A DNA stretch of 64,000 nucleotides from Proteromonas lacertae. Its lineage: Eukaryota. The notes below the pieces were generated by a model that searched no databases, had not been told where the DNA came from, and saw nothing but the letters and a program-made list of their open reading frames with translations. Position 1 is the stretch's first letter. The number at the start of each line of letters is the position of its first letter. Below, in pieces: positions 1-12,536 of the stretch. The stretch covers positions 62,001 through 126,000 of the forward strand of contig NGBS01000007.1 in NCBI GenBank assembly GCA_002245135.1, read 5' to 3'. The position numbers and the translations under genes were made by a program.

Positions 1-1
1 T

Positions 2-676
2 GATCTAGAAGCTGCTACAGACCAAATAAATCGCGATGAACAAATTAAAATTGATTTAATGACAAAAGTTACTTCGATTAATAATCTATATGACAACTTA
101 AGGCAAGAAAATGTTAATATAATTCATGAAATAGAAAGATTGCGAAATAAATATGAGCCAATTATGAATAATTCCAAACAAACCTACCAAGTGGAAACAT
201 CAACACAAACAGATTACATACCATTGAGCATATTTAAAATCACAAAATCTAATAGTTTCACTTCTAAAGTAAATGTAAATAATGAAAATGAACAATACTC
301 GAAAATAAGAAGTCAATCATTAGATAAATTTGAAATAGAACCGCAATGTGCTAACATATTGAGGAGGATGGAGCATGAGTTAAGGCTGCTGGAGTTCAGC
401 CATCTTTCAGACAATCAACAGAATATATACTTATTACTATCAGAAATTTTAAATAGATTACAGTTTATTAGGAATAGTGTGTATCCTGAATGGGAGATTG
501 ATGAAGATGTATCAAGGTGTCACATATGTAATAGGGAATTTACTGTTATACATAGAAAACATCATTGTAGGCGATGTGGAGTAATAATTTGTCAAAACTG
601 TTCAAAAACATTGCCATTTTATGAGAATAGCCGGACTTGTATATTATGCTTCTTAATACTCTCCTCGATTTTCTAA
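2..676 (+). CDS. Coiled-coil + C-terminal FYVE zinc-finger protein (5' part runs off the window)
   Basis: WEIDED...CHIC...RKHHCRRCG..C..C...RTC..C FYVE motif; frame is open back to the window start. Confidence 0.85.
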   Translation, partial: DLEAATDQINRDEQIKIDLMTKVTSINNLYDNLRQENVNIIHEIERLRNKYEPIMNNSKQTYQVETSTQTDYIPLSIFKITKSNSFTSKVNVNNENEQYSKIRSQSLDKFEIEPQCANILRRMEHELRLLEFSHLSDNQQNIYLLLSEILNRLQFIRNSVYPEWEIDEDVSRCHICNREFTVIHRKHHCRRCGVIICQNCSKTLPFYENSRTCILCFLILSSIF

Positions 677-839
677 AATAAGTATATATAGTATTGACTA
701 ATTTAATCAAAGAAATATTTATATTTTTTATTTATGTATTACTAATTTATTTGGTTAAATTATTATCTATTTGCAGTAATTGGCAGAATAATATCATTAC
801 AAGAGGAGAAAAATAACAAAACAGATTTATTAAAAATAT

Positions 840-851
840 TTGGCTTGATTA
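840..851. promoter_or_regulatory. TTGGCTTGATTA promoter motif
   Basis: About 35 nt upstream of ATG 886; the same word recurs before several other starts. Confidence 0.55.
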
Positions 852-885
852 ACAACAAATCTTTTTTGTTTTTCGAAAGGTTTTA

Positions 886-2706
886 ATGTCAAGAACAGAA
901 GAAAGTATAATTCAAATAATATTTTAACTTATATTCAGTCAATCCAAATCTTTTTGTGCATGGGCCTGAACAAATTGAGTTAGAACATCGAAGGGGTTAT
1001 AGATATTGGATATATAAATATACAGAGTTCTTTCCAAACCAAAAACCTCTCAATGACAGATTGTCTGGCTTTCCATTTGCAGTTTTTCCAGGATTAGGTC
1101 GTCATCCTTCACAATGTCCAATTGTGTTTATATTTCAAGTATAATATTAATTCAAAGGATGTAATAAAATAATAATTTTCAAATAGAACTTCGGAACATC
1201 TTACAAAACAAATGCCTTTTTAATACCTACTCTTAATGATATGGGAATAACAGTTTATCTATATGACTTTCCATTTACAGGAGAACGTACAATAGTAGAA
1301 ATGCCTTTAACAGCCAGTCCTTTAGAGATATTTGAATCATCTTGTTCAGTGATAGGATCATCAGAATTGAATGAACGATTCATTTCTATCTTCTCAGAAC
1401 GACTATATCGTGATTTATATTATATGAGAGGTGTTGGTGCAAGATATCATGGGTATAATAACCCAAATATAGCATTTATTGGAGTTGGAACAGGAAGTAT
1501 ATTATGTGGGTATATATATATATAAGATATTATTATTCTTATTATTTAAATAGTAATGCATATACTCGATTTGGAATAGGTGATAAAATCTGTTGTATTG
1601 GTGGACATTTAGATTTATCTAAATTCGCAACATCATTTTTCGCTTCAGCTTTACCAGGATTAGGTTCAACATCTGTTGATCATGTAGATGAATGGTTAAT
1701 TAATAATCATCCATCTTGGCCTAAAGGATCATTACAAGTGGTGAAACTATGTAGAGAAATGATGGAATCTGCTTCAACTATTTGTAGAATATTTGATCCA
1801 ATGGGTAATTGTAGTTCAATATGTATTGATTTTATGTTATTTTTAATTATTTATTTATTTAGCTAAATCTATAAGAATTATTATTGGTGAGAAAGATTCA
1901 TTTTGTAATGCGGATGATGCAAAGAAATGTGTTAAAAGGTTTACAAGTGGAGATTGTTATGTAGTACCAGATTTAAATGTATAAATATTTTTTTATTTTC
2001 TATATTTTATTGTAGATAAATGTAAAAATTGAGAGTATAACAGAATCTCAAGTAGAAAATATAAAGTTTTTTATTAGTACTCAATTTGGGGATTGGACTG
2101 TAAGTAATAGTGAACACAGTCACGAATTTATTGATCCACTTAATAACATATTGTATTTACTATTTTATTATAATTATATGTCAAATAAATAGATTGAATT
2201 TTGATCATAGTATTGAGAAGTGGCCAACTGTTGCTGAAGCAATGTCAGCAGGTAATTCTTATGTAGGTACTACTTCCTCTGCAAGTGATGACTTTGGATT
2301 AAGTAATAAAATGATAAAATCACATTCATTTGGATCATTTCCATTATCAATTGGTAGTTTGTCGTTTGAGAATCCTCGTGAACCTTCTACACCTCGTTCG
2401 CAAGAAGCAATTACTGGATCATATTCATCGTTAGATAATAAGCCTCCATTACATCATAAACACCATCATAGCCACAGTCATAATAAATTAAGTCAATTAA
2501 AAGAATCATATGATTGTATAGAGTATATGTTTATATTTTATATAGCTTCTACTCCTCAAATTACTGCAATAGCTTCTCAACATATGGTGAACAACCCAAA
2601 TGTGGAGGGATTAGCAAAAATGATTCCGATATGTCACATATGTGGTCAGCCAATTGCATGTAAGCAATGTGTTGAAGAAAATAATCTACATTTTCCATGT
2701 CATTAA
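886..2706 (+). CDS. Alpha/beta-hydrolase-fold protein (probably inactive) with Ser-rich linker and C-terminal Cys/His (LIM-like half) motif; about 7 introns
   Basis: Spliced model MSRTEEINPNLFVHGPE...YLYDFPFTGER...AFIGVGTGSILCG...IIIGEKD...STQFGDW...CHICGQPI...HFPCH. Confidence 0.6.
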
Positions 2707-2955
2707 TTAACATTATTTATGTGAATTTATTCTATTTTTGTGTTTTTCTACTAATATAACTACTCATAAAATCGGATATGTTAATATGAAGTCTGCAATC
2801 ACTTTAAATTCTTTCATAATTGTTTTTTTTCTAATCTATTCTGACTTTTGTAACCGAAAATGGCATGAGGCTTAATTAATTTGAAATAATTTTGTTAATT
2901 AGCTCATAAAAACGGATATAATTTTAAAAATTCTTTGTGTCGTTATATTATTTTA

Positions 2956-5900
2956 ATGATATTGAAAAGGAATAAAACTCTTATATATCTATGTTTCATA
3001 ATCGTGTTTTGTATATAATGTTATTTATATATTTTATTTTAGTTACAACCACAACTGCTTATACTACACTTGATGCTTCAGGTTCCTCTGACAGAGTCGA
3101 TTCTAGTCATCATTCTTGTAATGCTACAAAGGATTTAATTATTGAAGTCGGTGTAAACCTATATGGTGATTATAGTCTAATAGGTATATTTATGATTATA
3201 TTAAATAATAGACTCTGCACATCTTGCTGGTTTGCAAATGTGGAGAGATTATGTTGCTGAAAAGGGAGGTTTATGTAATAATACAGGTATTACTGATAGC
3301 TCTACTTGTACTGAGAGACATCCAGTTTGTTTGAATGTGGTGAGTCTTGAAGGGGATACTAGTACTGAACTGGAAGGTGATATAAATAAATGGATTAATG
3401 ATGTAGGTTCTGGTACAAAAGGAGGTTTATTTATAATCAGTCCATATGGTTCAACAGAATTAGAAAAAATAAGTATAAATACTGCAAATTCATTACCAAT
3501 TGTATCACCAATGCCATTTACAGTAAAATCCACAGCAACATCTAAAGTCATATCTCCAATTCCACCTGTTAGTAGTTTATTACAAGGAATGGTAGATTTA
3601 ATATCTAAGAGATATAGAGCAGGGCGTGTAGTAGTATTAGGCGATTCAACTGCTTCAAGTAATGTAAATGAATTAGCATCAGAATTAATTCAATTATTAG
3701 TAGCAGAAAAAATAACAGCATCAATGCAAAGATGCTCTAATTATATCAACGATTTAAACCCACAAACTACTTGTACTTCAAAGGAACAATGTAATAATGA
3801 TAATTCAGAATGTGTCTATCCAAAGATGTTGTTGAAAGAACATGGTGATTTTACTAACTATCAAACTATCGCTGATTGGGTAAGACTTTTGAAATCTAAT
3901 AATCCTGATGTAGTTGTATTAGCCTGTGATAAACACTGTAATGATATTATGAGAGTGATGCAGTTAGAAGAATATTCACCTCCTGCTGCTATGGGATTTT
4001 TATATGAAAATATTATCATTGATCCAATGTTGGAAGGTCAAGATACTTCCAATTGGCATTATATCTCAACATTTGAACCTAATGCTGGATATGGTAAGAC
4101 TGGCTATTACATGGGAACTTCTAAAGATGTTGCGAAAATAATTGAAGAAAAATTTAATAAATATAACAATCCAATGGATTATCCACAAGGAATGGAGAAA
4201 TTGAATGGTAATTATCGATATTATGCAGAAGGTATTGCAATGGGATTATTTATTCAAAGATTATTTGAGATGAAATTAACTGCAGATGGTGTTTCTAACT
4301 CTTACGCTTCCAATATTGTGACAAGAATGAGACAAACGTTTGGTGTTAGTAAAAGTTCGAGTAATTATGACTTATGTACCAGTACAAATGTAAAAGAATG
4401 TGATCCTTTAAATACATTCTTCGGTAATATGTATTTCCCTGAATATCAAGTGAATATGAACAAATCAGGATTAGCAGCACAAGTTGTTCAAACTAATTAT
4501 CCAAATGGAACAATTACATTAGATTCTACTATCTTAGGACCATTAGATGTTCCATTCTGTCAAGCTAAAGATAGTTGTAAACCAATTTATCCTGCTGTCT
4601 TTAATTATTTAAGAGAGATTCATGATAATTATATGACTCCAGGTAGTGCATTAGGTGTTGTATTTATTATCTTAGGTGTGTTACAAATATTAATTGAATT
4701 ATTCTTAGTAGTGAATTTAGTTAGACAGAATAAATACTGGGATACTGTTTGTGCACCATATGTTACTATGTTATATCCGTTTTTAAGTATAATGTTGGCA
4801 TTGTATGCAGTAGTACAAGTTGGTGAACCAAGTCAATCATTGTGTAGTTTCCGTAATTATGTAGAATATTGTTGTATCTTCTTAGTTATAGTATTTATGG
4901 TATTATCAACCACTGAAGAATTATTAAGAATGAAGAGACAAGAACCATCTAAAGCATTTTATAGAGTAGAAATATTATTATTCTTATTCTCTGTATTAAT
5001 ATTATCGTTAATTGGTACTTGTACATTTTTAGTTAAACCAATTACTACAATTGATTTAACAAGAGGTACTCGTCCTTATTATGATACTGTATGTGCAGAA
5101 CATGATGAGATGTATGTATTTAAAGTAGAAATGGGATGCTGTATTTTAATAGCTGCTTATGTTATCTATCAATCAAGACACTTAGCTTCATTTTTCTTTA
5201 GAGGATTACAGTATTACTTCGTTAGTGTTTCTATGTTATTCTTTATTACTTCCATTGTGAATCAAGTAATTGGTACGGAAGATAAGATTTACTATATATT
5301 AGCATTTATATTTAATTGGATATGGTCATGGGCTTATTTCTACCCATTTATGAGACCTAATAAACTAATGGAAGATAAGAAGATATCTCAAATATTATTA
5401 AAGAAGAAATTCGTTAAAACTAAAATGCGAGAATTGTTAGATAACAAAATGACATCTCATTTGTTTGCTGTGTTTTTATCATCAAAAGAGAATTATGCTC
5501 AATATATTGATTTATACTTAGATATTGAAAAACACAAGAAAATATCAGATCCTGCTGCTTTAAGAGAAGATGAGAAATCATTATTTGCAACCTATTTAAG
5601 TGGTGGTTCAGCTAAGGAATTAGAAATATTAGATAGTAATATGACTGCTAAGATAAACACTGAAATGGGTAAAGGTAATTGTAATGCATTCAATGAATTA
5701 CAAACTGCAATTGTTAATCACTTTATCTCCAAGAACTTATATGAAGAATTCTTAAACTCTGACTATTATTGGTTAATTGCTGAAACAGAAGGTATTATTC
5801 ATGGATATAAGAGAGTATCAATTAAAACATTAGAAGGAGTTTTAGAAGATTTGATTGTATCAATTACCATTCAAGAAACTGATCCAGCTGTACTTAAACA

Positions 5901-6474
5901 ACATGTTGCTCATTACAACAACAGTCTTCAAAATAGAACTACTAGAAATGGTTCTTCTTACAGTAAGAGTGTGGATAAGAGTCGTCCAAGTGATGTTCAT
6001 CAATCTCATATTGGTGTTGAACTTGCTAATACTAATAATGCGAATAAAAATAGATCATTCAATGATTCAACATTATTCTCATCTGAAGTTAATAATGTTT
6101 CTGAGAAGTTGGATAGTGACAGGGATGGTGCTAAGAAGAGTATGGATTCAATGAATAAAGTGAGTGGTACAAGTGGTGCTGATGATTCTTCTAAATTAGA
6201 CTCATCAAGAGTAGATTCATCAAAATCTGAAGGAAAATCTGAATTGAAGAGTGATATTAAGAGTGATGCAAAAAGTGATGAAAAGAAAGGAGATGCTAAA
6301 GCTGAAACTAAGACTGATGCTAAAACACCAAAAACACCAACCAAAGCTGATGCAAAACCTGCTGCAAAGACAGAACCTGCTAAACCTGCTGCAAAACCAG
6401 CTGCTAAGCCTGCAGAAGCTAAACCAGCAGAAGCTAAACCAGCAGAGACCAAGACTGCTGAAGAAAAAAAGTAA
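2956..6474 (+). CDS. Signal peptide + type-1 periplasmic-binding (Venus flytrap-like) ectodomain + 7TM (class C GPCR-like) + RGS domain + low-complexity AKP tail
   Basis: Introns 3011-3042 and 3184-3211 give MILKR...GVNLYGDYSLIDSAHLAGLQMWRDYVAEKGG; 7 hydrophobic segments at about 4640-5350; RGS-like LFAVFLSSKENYAQYIDLYLDIE...TYLSGGSAKELEI...FNELQ...LYEEFLNSDYY. Confidence 0.8.
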
Positions 6475-6737
6475 ATATTTTGATAATCATATATTCCCAT
6501 TTATTAATGAAATTTATAGTATTAATATTGTTATCTAAATCAATAATAAATAATAATTACTTTCGAAAACAAGCAGCAATGAAGATAATGATTTTTTATT
6601 TTTATGTGGTGAGTGAAATGTTTTCGTTAACCATAATTTTAATTTCTATATAAATAGTCAATAATTGCTGTTTGAGTGTCATTTTAAAAGTAACCACTTA
6701 TCTATTATAGTTCTCCTTGATTTTACAGATTTATCAG

Positions 6738-7382
6738 ATGAATCCTATAGATTATGAATCTATCAGATGTGTAGCATCATCCAATGGAGTTTTAATTTGG
6801 TCTGAAGAAGAGAAAAATAAATTAATCACAGAAAGAAGAATCATACCTGAAGTATTAGGCAGTAAAAAAGAAAAGAATCGTCAAATAGAATGTAAACCAT
6901 ACTTATTATCATGGTCTATTGCTTATGTATGCGTTGTACTTAAATATATAACAGTTCATAAAGAAAATTGTATTTTTTCATTATATTTTGTGTTATAGGT
7001 AAAGAATCTTCATGTACAGGATGTTCTAATGTATCTAATTTATTAATATCAGTAGATAGAAAAGCAATCATCAAATATTGAATTGGTACTTAAAGATCTG
7101 ATAGATAAAGGTTATTATATCGCATCAGCATCAAAGTTTGGAGGTGATTTTGCTATATATACAACTCTTCCATCTGAATCACACAGTGTAAGTATAGTTC
7201 ATGTAATATCTGATGAAAATATATCATCTGACTTAATCTTAAGATATGGAAGAGTTGCTTGTTTAGTAGGAAAGACAGCTCTACTTGCGTTTGTTGATAA
7301 AGATTCAAAAGTATATTTATGTATTAAACAATAATATAAATAGATCAAGTATACAGAGTTAAAATGGCAAAGTAAACTGTGA
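6738..7382 (+). CDS. TSEN34: tRNA-splicing endonuclease catalytic subunit, Sen34-like
   Basis: KDLIDKGYYIASASKFGGDFAIY...SHS...GRVA..VGK motif; several short introns. Confidence 0.7.
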
Positions 7383-7569
7383 TTTATTATATGTATGTAA
7401 GGAAATAATTAATAAGTTGTTAATTTAAAACATAACTTATGTGTGTTGTTATGTTTATATAAATGCAAATCAACAGTTACATTATCATTCGATTAGATTG
7501 CTTATATTGAGAGAAAAAACATCGAATCTTTTTGTTCGAGTCAAACCTATTTTAGATTTTTTTATTAGA

Positions 7570-8832
7570 ATGAGTAACAATCTGCTTGTTTGTAAGTCAA
7601 ACTGGAAAGCTGAAAGTGGTTCATTAGATAATATTTATTATATCAAACCAACTGAAACATCGATGAGGAGGATAAGAGGTATAGTTTTATTTTCTTTACA
7701 TTTATATAGAATTGTTTCAGATAACACACCTTTAACATTAGTCAAAGGTGATTGTACGTGTTCGTGTGAAGTTATTAGTATAGACATGCATTTTTATTAT
7801 ATAGTAAATTTTTCTCAAGCTACAACTTTGAAATATATACATATTATTAGTGGAGCTAGAAATGTTGAACTGTACGTAAAACAGACAAATCTACCGCAAA
7901 CAAATTATGTAACTACAATACGAGGTAATAGACTTGATCCAGAAAATAATGACATAAATAGGGTATTTGTTTCAGATTTTCTAAATAAAACAAATCCTCG
8001 TATTAAGTACGATGTTGTAAAGCTGAAGTTATTATCATTAGTTGATAAGACTAAATGTATAGTAAATGGTATATTCATTGGTGTATATGAAAATCCTCCA
8101 ATCAACTCACCTTTAATAGGAACAAATCCAAGTGAAACACAAAGAACATCATTTGCACAACAGCAACAACAACAACAACAATACCAGCCACAACCACCAA
8201 ATAATTACAATTTAATAAATACATATCAAATGCAATTTATGCTATCATCAGAGGTAAAGAAGATGGAAGCTAGATTAATCACCAGATTAGATCGAACATG
8301 TTTGTCAATAGTGGAGAATTTCAATAAGAAAATATCGACAATGGAAGAGAGATTAGGATTAATGGAAGATGCCATTGAAGAGATTGTGAATAGAATGATA
8401 CCTGAGAATAATGAAGCAAATGAAGAACAACTACCACAGCAACAACAACAGAATGACATTGTTGAACAACCAGTATTATTGTCACAACAAAATCTGCCAG
8501 AAGAACAGCAGGAACCACTCCAACAACCAAATCAAGAAGAAGAAGAAGAAGAAGTACAATCACAACAACAACAACAACAACAACAACAACATACAGAAGA
8601 AGAGGTAGTAGCAGAACAAAGAGAAGTTGAACAACAACCTCAACAAAGTGAATCACAGAATGAACAGCCAAATGAGAATATTGAAGTAGAAAATCAACAG
8701 GATGTTGATAGTGATAGTAATATTGAACAAGTTAATGAAGAATTAGAATCTCATACTGATATTAAGAAAATGGAAGAATCAGAAGAACATACACAGCAGA
8801 CAACAGAAACTGAGTGTTCTGAATGTGATTAA
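7570..8832 (+). CDS. PAAT/C10orf88 (DUF4506)-like N-terminus + coiled coil + Q/E-rich tail
   Basis: IHIISGARNVELYV...YVTTIRG resembles the SxARNMEVY...Y.GT.RG motif; possible missing base at 7655-7657. Confidence 0.45.
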   Translation: MSNNLLVCKSNWKAESGSLDNIYYIKPTETSMRRIRGIVLFSLHLYRIVSDNTPLTLVKGDCTCSCEVISIDMHFYYIVNFSQATTLKYIHIISGARNVELYVKQTNLPQTNYVTTIRGNRLDPENNDINRVFVSDFLNKTNPRIKYDVVKLKLLSLVDKTKCIVNGIFIGVYENPPINSPLIGTNPSETQRTSFAQQQQQQQQYQPQPPNNYNLINTYQMQFMLSSEVKKMEARLITRLDRTCLSIVENFNKKISTMEERLGLMEDAIEEIVNRMIPENNEANEEQLPQQQQQNDIVEQPVLLSQQNLPEEQQEPLQQPNQEEEEEEVQSQQQQQQQQQHTEEEVVAEQREVEQQPQQSESQNEQPNENIEVENQQDVDSDSNIEQVNEELESHTDIKKMEESEEHTQQTTETECSECD

Positions 8833-8966
8833 TTGTTGTATTAATAATCTATATAATTGTCTATGATATTTTTATATGAAATGAAATTTCAACAACCATA
8901 TACATATTCTTCTACATAATAAAAACAAAAATAAAAAATAAAAGCTTCCTTTTTTGTATATAAAAT

Positions 8967-11900
8967 CTACTTGGGTGTTTTTTCTCCATCTTTCTTTTCT
9001 TTCTTCTTCTTATCACCTGCTGCTTTTTTCTTTGGTTTTTTAGCAAATAATGCAGCAATTGCAGCTTGTTCTTTTTCAGTTTGTTTCTTCTCTTCTTCCA
9101 CTTTATTTACTACCTTTTTAGATTTTACATCTTCTTCTTCATCCTAATAATAAAATATAAAATCAAAAATATACAAAATCCATTGAATCTACTAAATCTC
9201 TACGATAATCTTCAAAACTACCTCTATATTGTGTAACTTTCTCTTCACCAACAATCCAAACAACACATTTTGTTTCTGTTAATAATCTAGCATCATGGCT
9301 AACTACTACAACACCTCCTTCAAATGCATTTATTGCATCTCCTAAAGCATCAATACTTTCAATATCTAAGTTATTGGTAGGTTCATCAAATATCAATATA
9401 TGTGGTTGTCTTAGACAAATATCTGCAAATACAACTCTTGATTTTTGACCTCCTGAAAGATTCTTTATGGGAATTGTATGTGCATGACCTTCTAAACCAT
9501 AACGACCTAATAATTGACGAACTATTTGAATAATAAATAGAAAATAATACTATCTTGATATTTCTGTTCTTTAAATTGATCCATTAGATATTCAACAGGA
9601 GTTTTATCCATTGGAATTTGATCTACAAAATGTTGACTGTATTTACCAATTCTTAATTTTGAATTTCTTTTACTTTCACCAATTGTTGGAACTAAATCAC
9701 CAGTTATAATCTTTAATAGAGTACTCTTGCCACTTCCATTTGGACCAACAATAGAAATACGACTGCCTAAATCAATACCAAAACTTACATTTTTAAATAA
9801 ATATGGACTTGTTTCAGAATATCTAAATGTCATTTCATCAACTTCAATGATTGGTGGACGAATCTCTACAACTTCTGGGAAGGTAAATTTCACCACATAT
9901 TCATTTGGTTTTTCAATTAATGTCATTTGTTGATTCTCTGCAGCTTCCATACCTACTGGATCACCTTTCTTTGATTTTGTCTCTTTATTCTTTTTATTCT
10001 TAGCTTCTTTTTCAGCTTGAGCTTTTGATTTTCCTGCTTGTTTTAATCTCTTCAATTCTTTCTGTTGTTTTTCATATTCTTTCATCAATTCTTCTCTTTT
10101 TTGAGCTTCCATCTTCTTAAACTTGTGATAATCACCTTGGTAATAGAATAATTTATGATTATATAAATGAATTATAAAAGTACAGACACTGGATAAGAAA
10201 TCCTGATCATGTGATACAACTAATAATGTCTTCTTCCATCTATGTAAATATTCATCCAACCATAAGACAGCATTTAAATCTAAATGATTGGTTGGTTCAT
10301 CTAATAATAATAAATCAGGTTCAATGAATAAAGCTCTTGCTAAGGAAATTCTCATTCTCCAACCACCACTGAAATCTTTTGTTGGTGTATCTTGCATCTT
10401 TTTATCAAAACCTAAACCAGACAATATTCTTCTAGCTTTAGCTTCTGTTTTTTCAATACCAATTACATTTAATTCTTCCTGAATTCGTTGATATTGTTCT
10501 TCTAAAGTTCCTTCTTCTCCTGCTGGAAGTGTATAAGGTATATTCTTTGATGCTTTCTCCATACATTCTTCTAACAGTTTTTCTAATTCTAAAACACGAG
10601 TTCTTCTTTTATCTGCTTTTAAGACACTCTATAAATAATAAGTAAATAATTATTAATTAATACTAAATAAGCAGGAGTTTCATCAGCAAATACTTCTTGT
10701 TCTACATATAATATATCAATAGCTGGTGGAATATGAAGTTCTCTAGTTGCAATTAGTTTTAATAGTGTTGATTTACCTCTACCATTTGGACCAACTAAAC
10801 CATATCTTACTCCAGCTTGAATCTATATATATATATAAACAATAACAAATATACCTTCAAATCAGCATCAATCAATAATGATTTTCCACCTGCAGAAATA
10901 GTGAATTTTTCTACTACGATATCTTTACTTGATTTCCATGCTTCATCATCAAGATTCTTGGATGGTTGAGACACTGAGAATGAACTTGGAGCTGCACCAC
11001 CCCATTCTGCTTCTTCTGCCATTATTTGTGCCTTTCTTTCTTCTTCCTCTGCTCTTCTTTTTGCTTCTTCAGCTTCTTTCTTTCTTCGTCTTTTTTCTTT
11101 ATTGGATATGAGAGGTAAATCTTCTTCTTCCTCTTCTTTGGGTGTCTCTTCTTCTTTTGGAGTTTCTTCTTCTTCTTCTTCTTCCTTTGGAGTTTCTTCT
11201 TCTTCTTCTTCTTCTTCCTTTGGAGTTTCTTCTTCTTCTTCTTCTTCCTTTGGAGTTTCTTCTACATCATTTTCTTCTTCTTCTTTTTCAGGTAATTCTT
11301 CTTCATTTTCAGGCAATTCTTCTTCTTTTTCTTCTTCTACTTCTGGAGCTTCTGGAATTTGTTTATTATTATTATTTCTATTCTTCTTTTTCTTCTTATT
11401 CTTCTTTGAAACAGGTTGTGGTAATTCTTCCTCCTCTTCTTCTTCATCATCTTCAAATTTATTTTTCTTGGAGTTTGGTAATGGAATTCCTAAATCATTT
11501 TCACCTTTATCTTCCTCGTTATCATCATCTTCATCTTTCTTATTCTGTTGTTTATTATCTTTTTTGCCTTTCTTTCCTTTCTTTCCTTTTTTGTTATTAG
11601 GTAATGGTATTGAAGATTCATCTTCATCATCAGCAGCAGCAAACTTATTCTTTTTTCCAGAGTTTGGTAATGGAATACCTAAATTATCTTCATCTTTATC
11701 ATCATCCTCTTCTTCATTATCCTCTTTTTTACCACCTTTACCTCCTTTTTTACCTTTCTTATTCTGTTTATTCTTTTTATTGTTATTTGGTAATGGAATT
11801 TCATCTTTTTCATTTGTTTCTTCATCATCATCATCATCATCAGCTGTTGCAAACTTGTTTTTCCTTCCTGCATTTGGTAGAGGAATTGCTAAACCATCTT

Positions 11901-12472
11901 CTTCATCATCTTTATCATCATCTTCTTCTTCATTCTTCTTTCCTCCTTTACCTTTTTTATTATTTTTTCTATTGTTTTTACCTCCTTTCTTTCCTCTTTT
12001 ACCTTCTCCTTCTTCATCTGAGTCTTCTTCTTCTTTTCCTTTTGTTACTTTCTTTTCTTCTTCTTCTTCTGAATCTTCATCATCACCTCTGCCTTTCTTA
12101 CCTTTACCTTTTTTGTTGTTTTTTCTATTATTCTTTTTATTCTTTTCTATTTCTTCTTCTGCTTCGATTTCCTTTTCTTCTTCACTATCTTCATGATCTT
12201 TACCTCCTTTACCTCCTCTCTTTCCTTTCTTATTCTTCTTATTGTTAGGAATTGGTTCAGTCTTCTCAAGTTCTTCATCATCATCATCTCCTCTTCCACC
12301 TTTTCCTCCTTTTCTTCCTCCTTTAGCATTTGGAAGTGGAATCTAAGAAGTAAGAAATTCAATAATATACGTCAGCCAATCTACTACTCATTTCATCTTC
12401 CTATTAGAGTATATAGATCTCAATAAATACATCTGAATCATCATTTTTTGCTTTCTTGCCTTTCTTTCCCAT
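8967..12472 (-). CDS. ABCF1: ABCF1/ABC50-like ABC-F ATPase with long K/E/D-rich N-terminus
   Basis: Two NBDs ([54 protein letters not shown]); no TM segments; starts MGKKGKKAK. Confidence 0.9.
11110..11260 (-). repeat. Coding tandem repeat (E)n-TPK, about 5 copies, in ABCF N-terminus
   Basis: Repeated tttggagtttcttcttct units on the plus strand. Confidence 0.8.
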
Positions 12473-12488
12473 ATTAATGACAAAATAG

Positions 12489-12504
12489 GCTTGATTAATC
12501 AAGC
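12489..12504. promoter_or_regulatory. Perfect 16-bp palindrome GCTTGATTAATCAAGC in 64-bp bidirectional promoter
   Basis: Lies between ATG 12472(-) and ATG 12537(+). Confidence 0.7.
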
Positions 12505-12536
12505 TAATTTTCTTTACATTTTTTTCATTTTTCGTA

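Noticed and set aside
6006..6500. Minus-strand ORF (and similar ORFs at 3249, 8321, 13146, 61692, 62294)
   Set aside because: Antisense shadows of real plus-strand genes
7031..7082. Possible +1 frameshift in the Sen34-like gene
   Set aside because: A canonical 25-nt GT-AG intron (7031-7055) restores the frame
11102..12248. Long plus-strand S/F/L-rich ORFs
   Set aside because: Antisense shadows of the K/E/D-rich ABCF N-terminus
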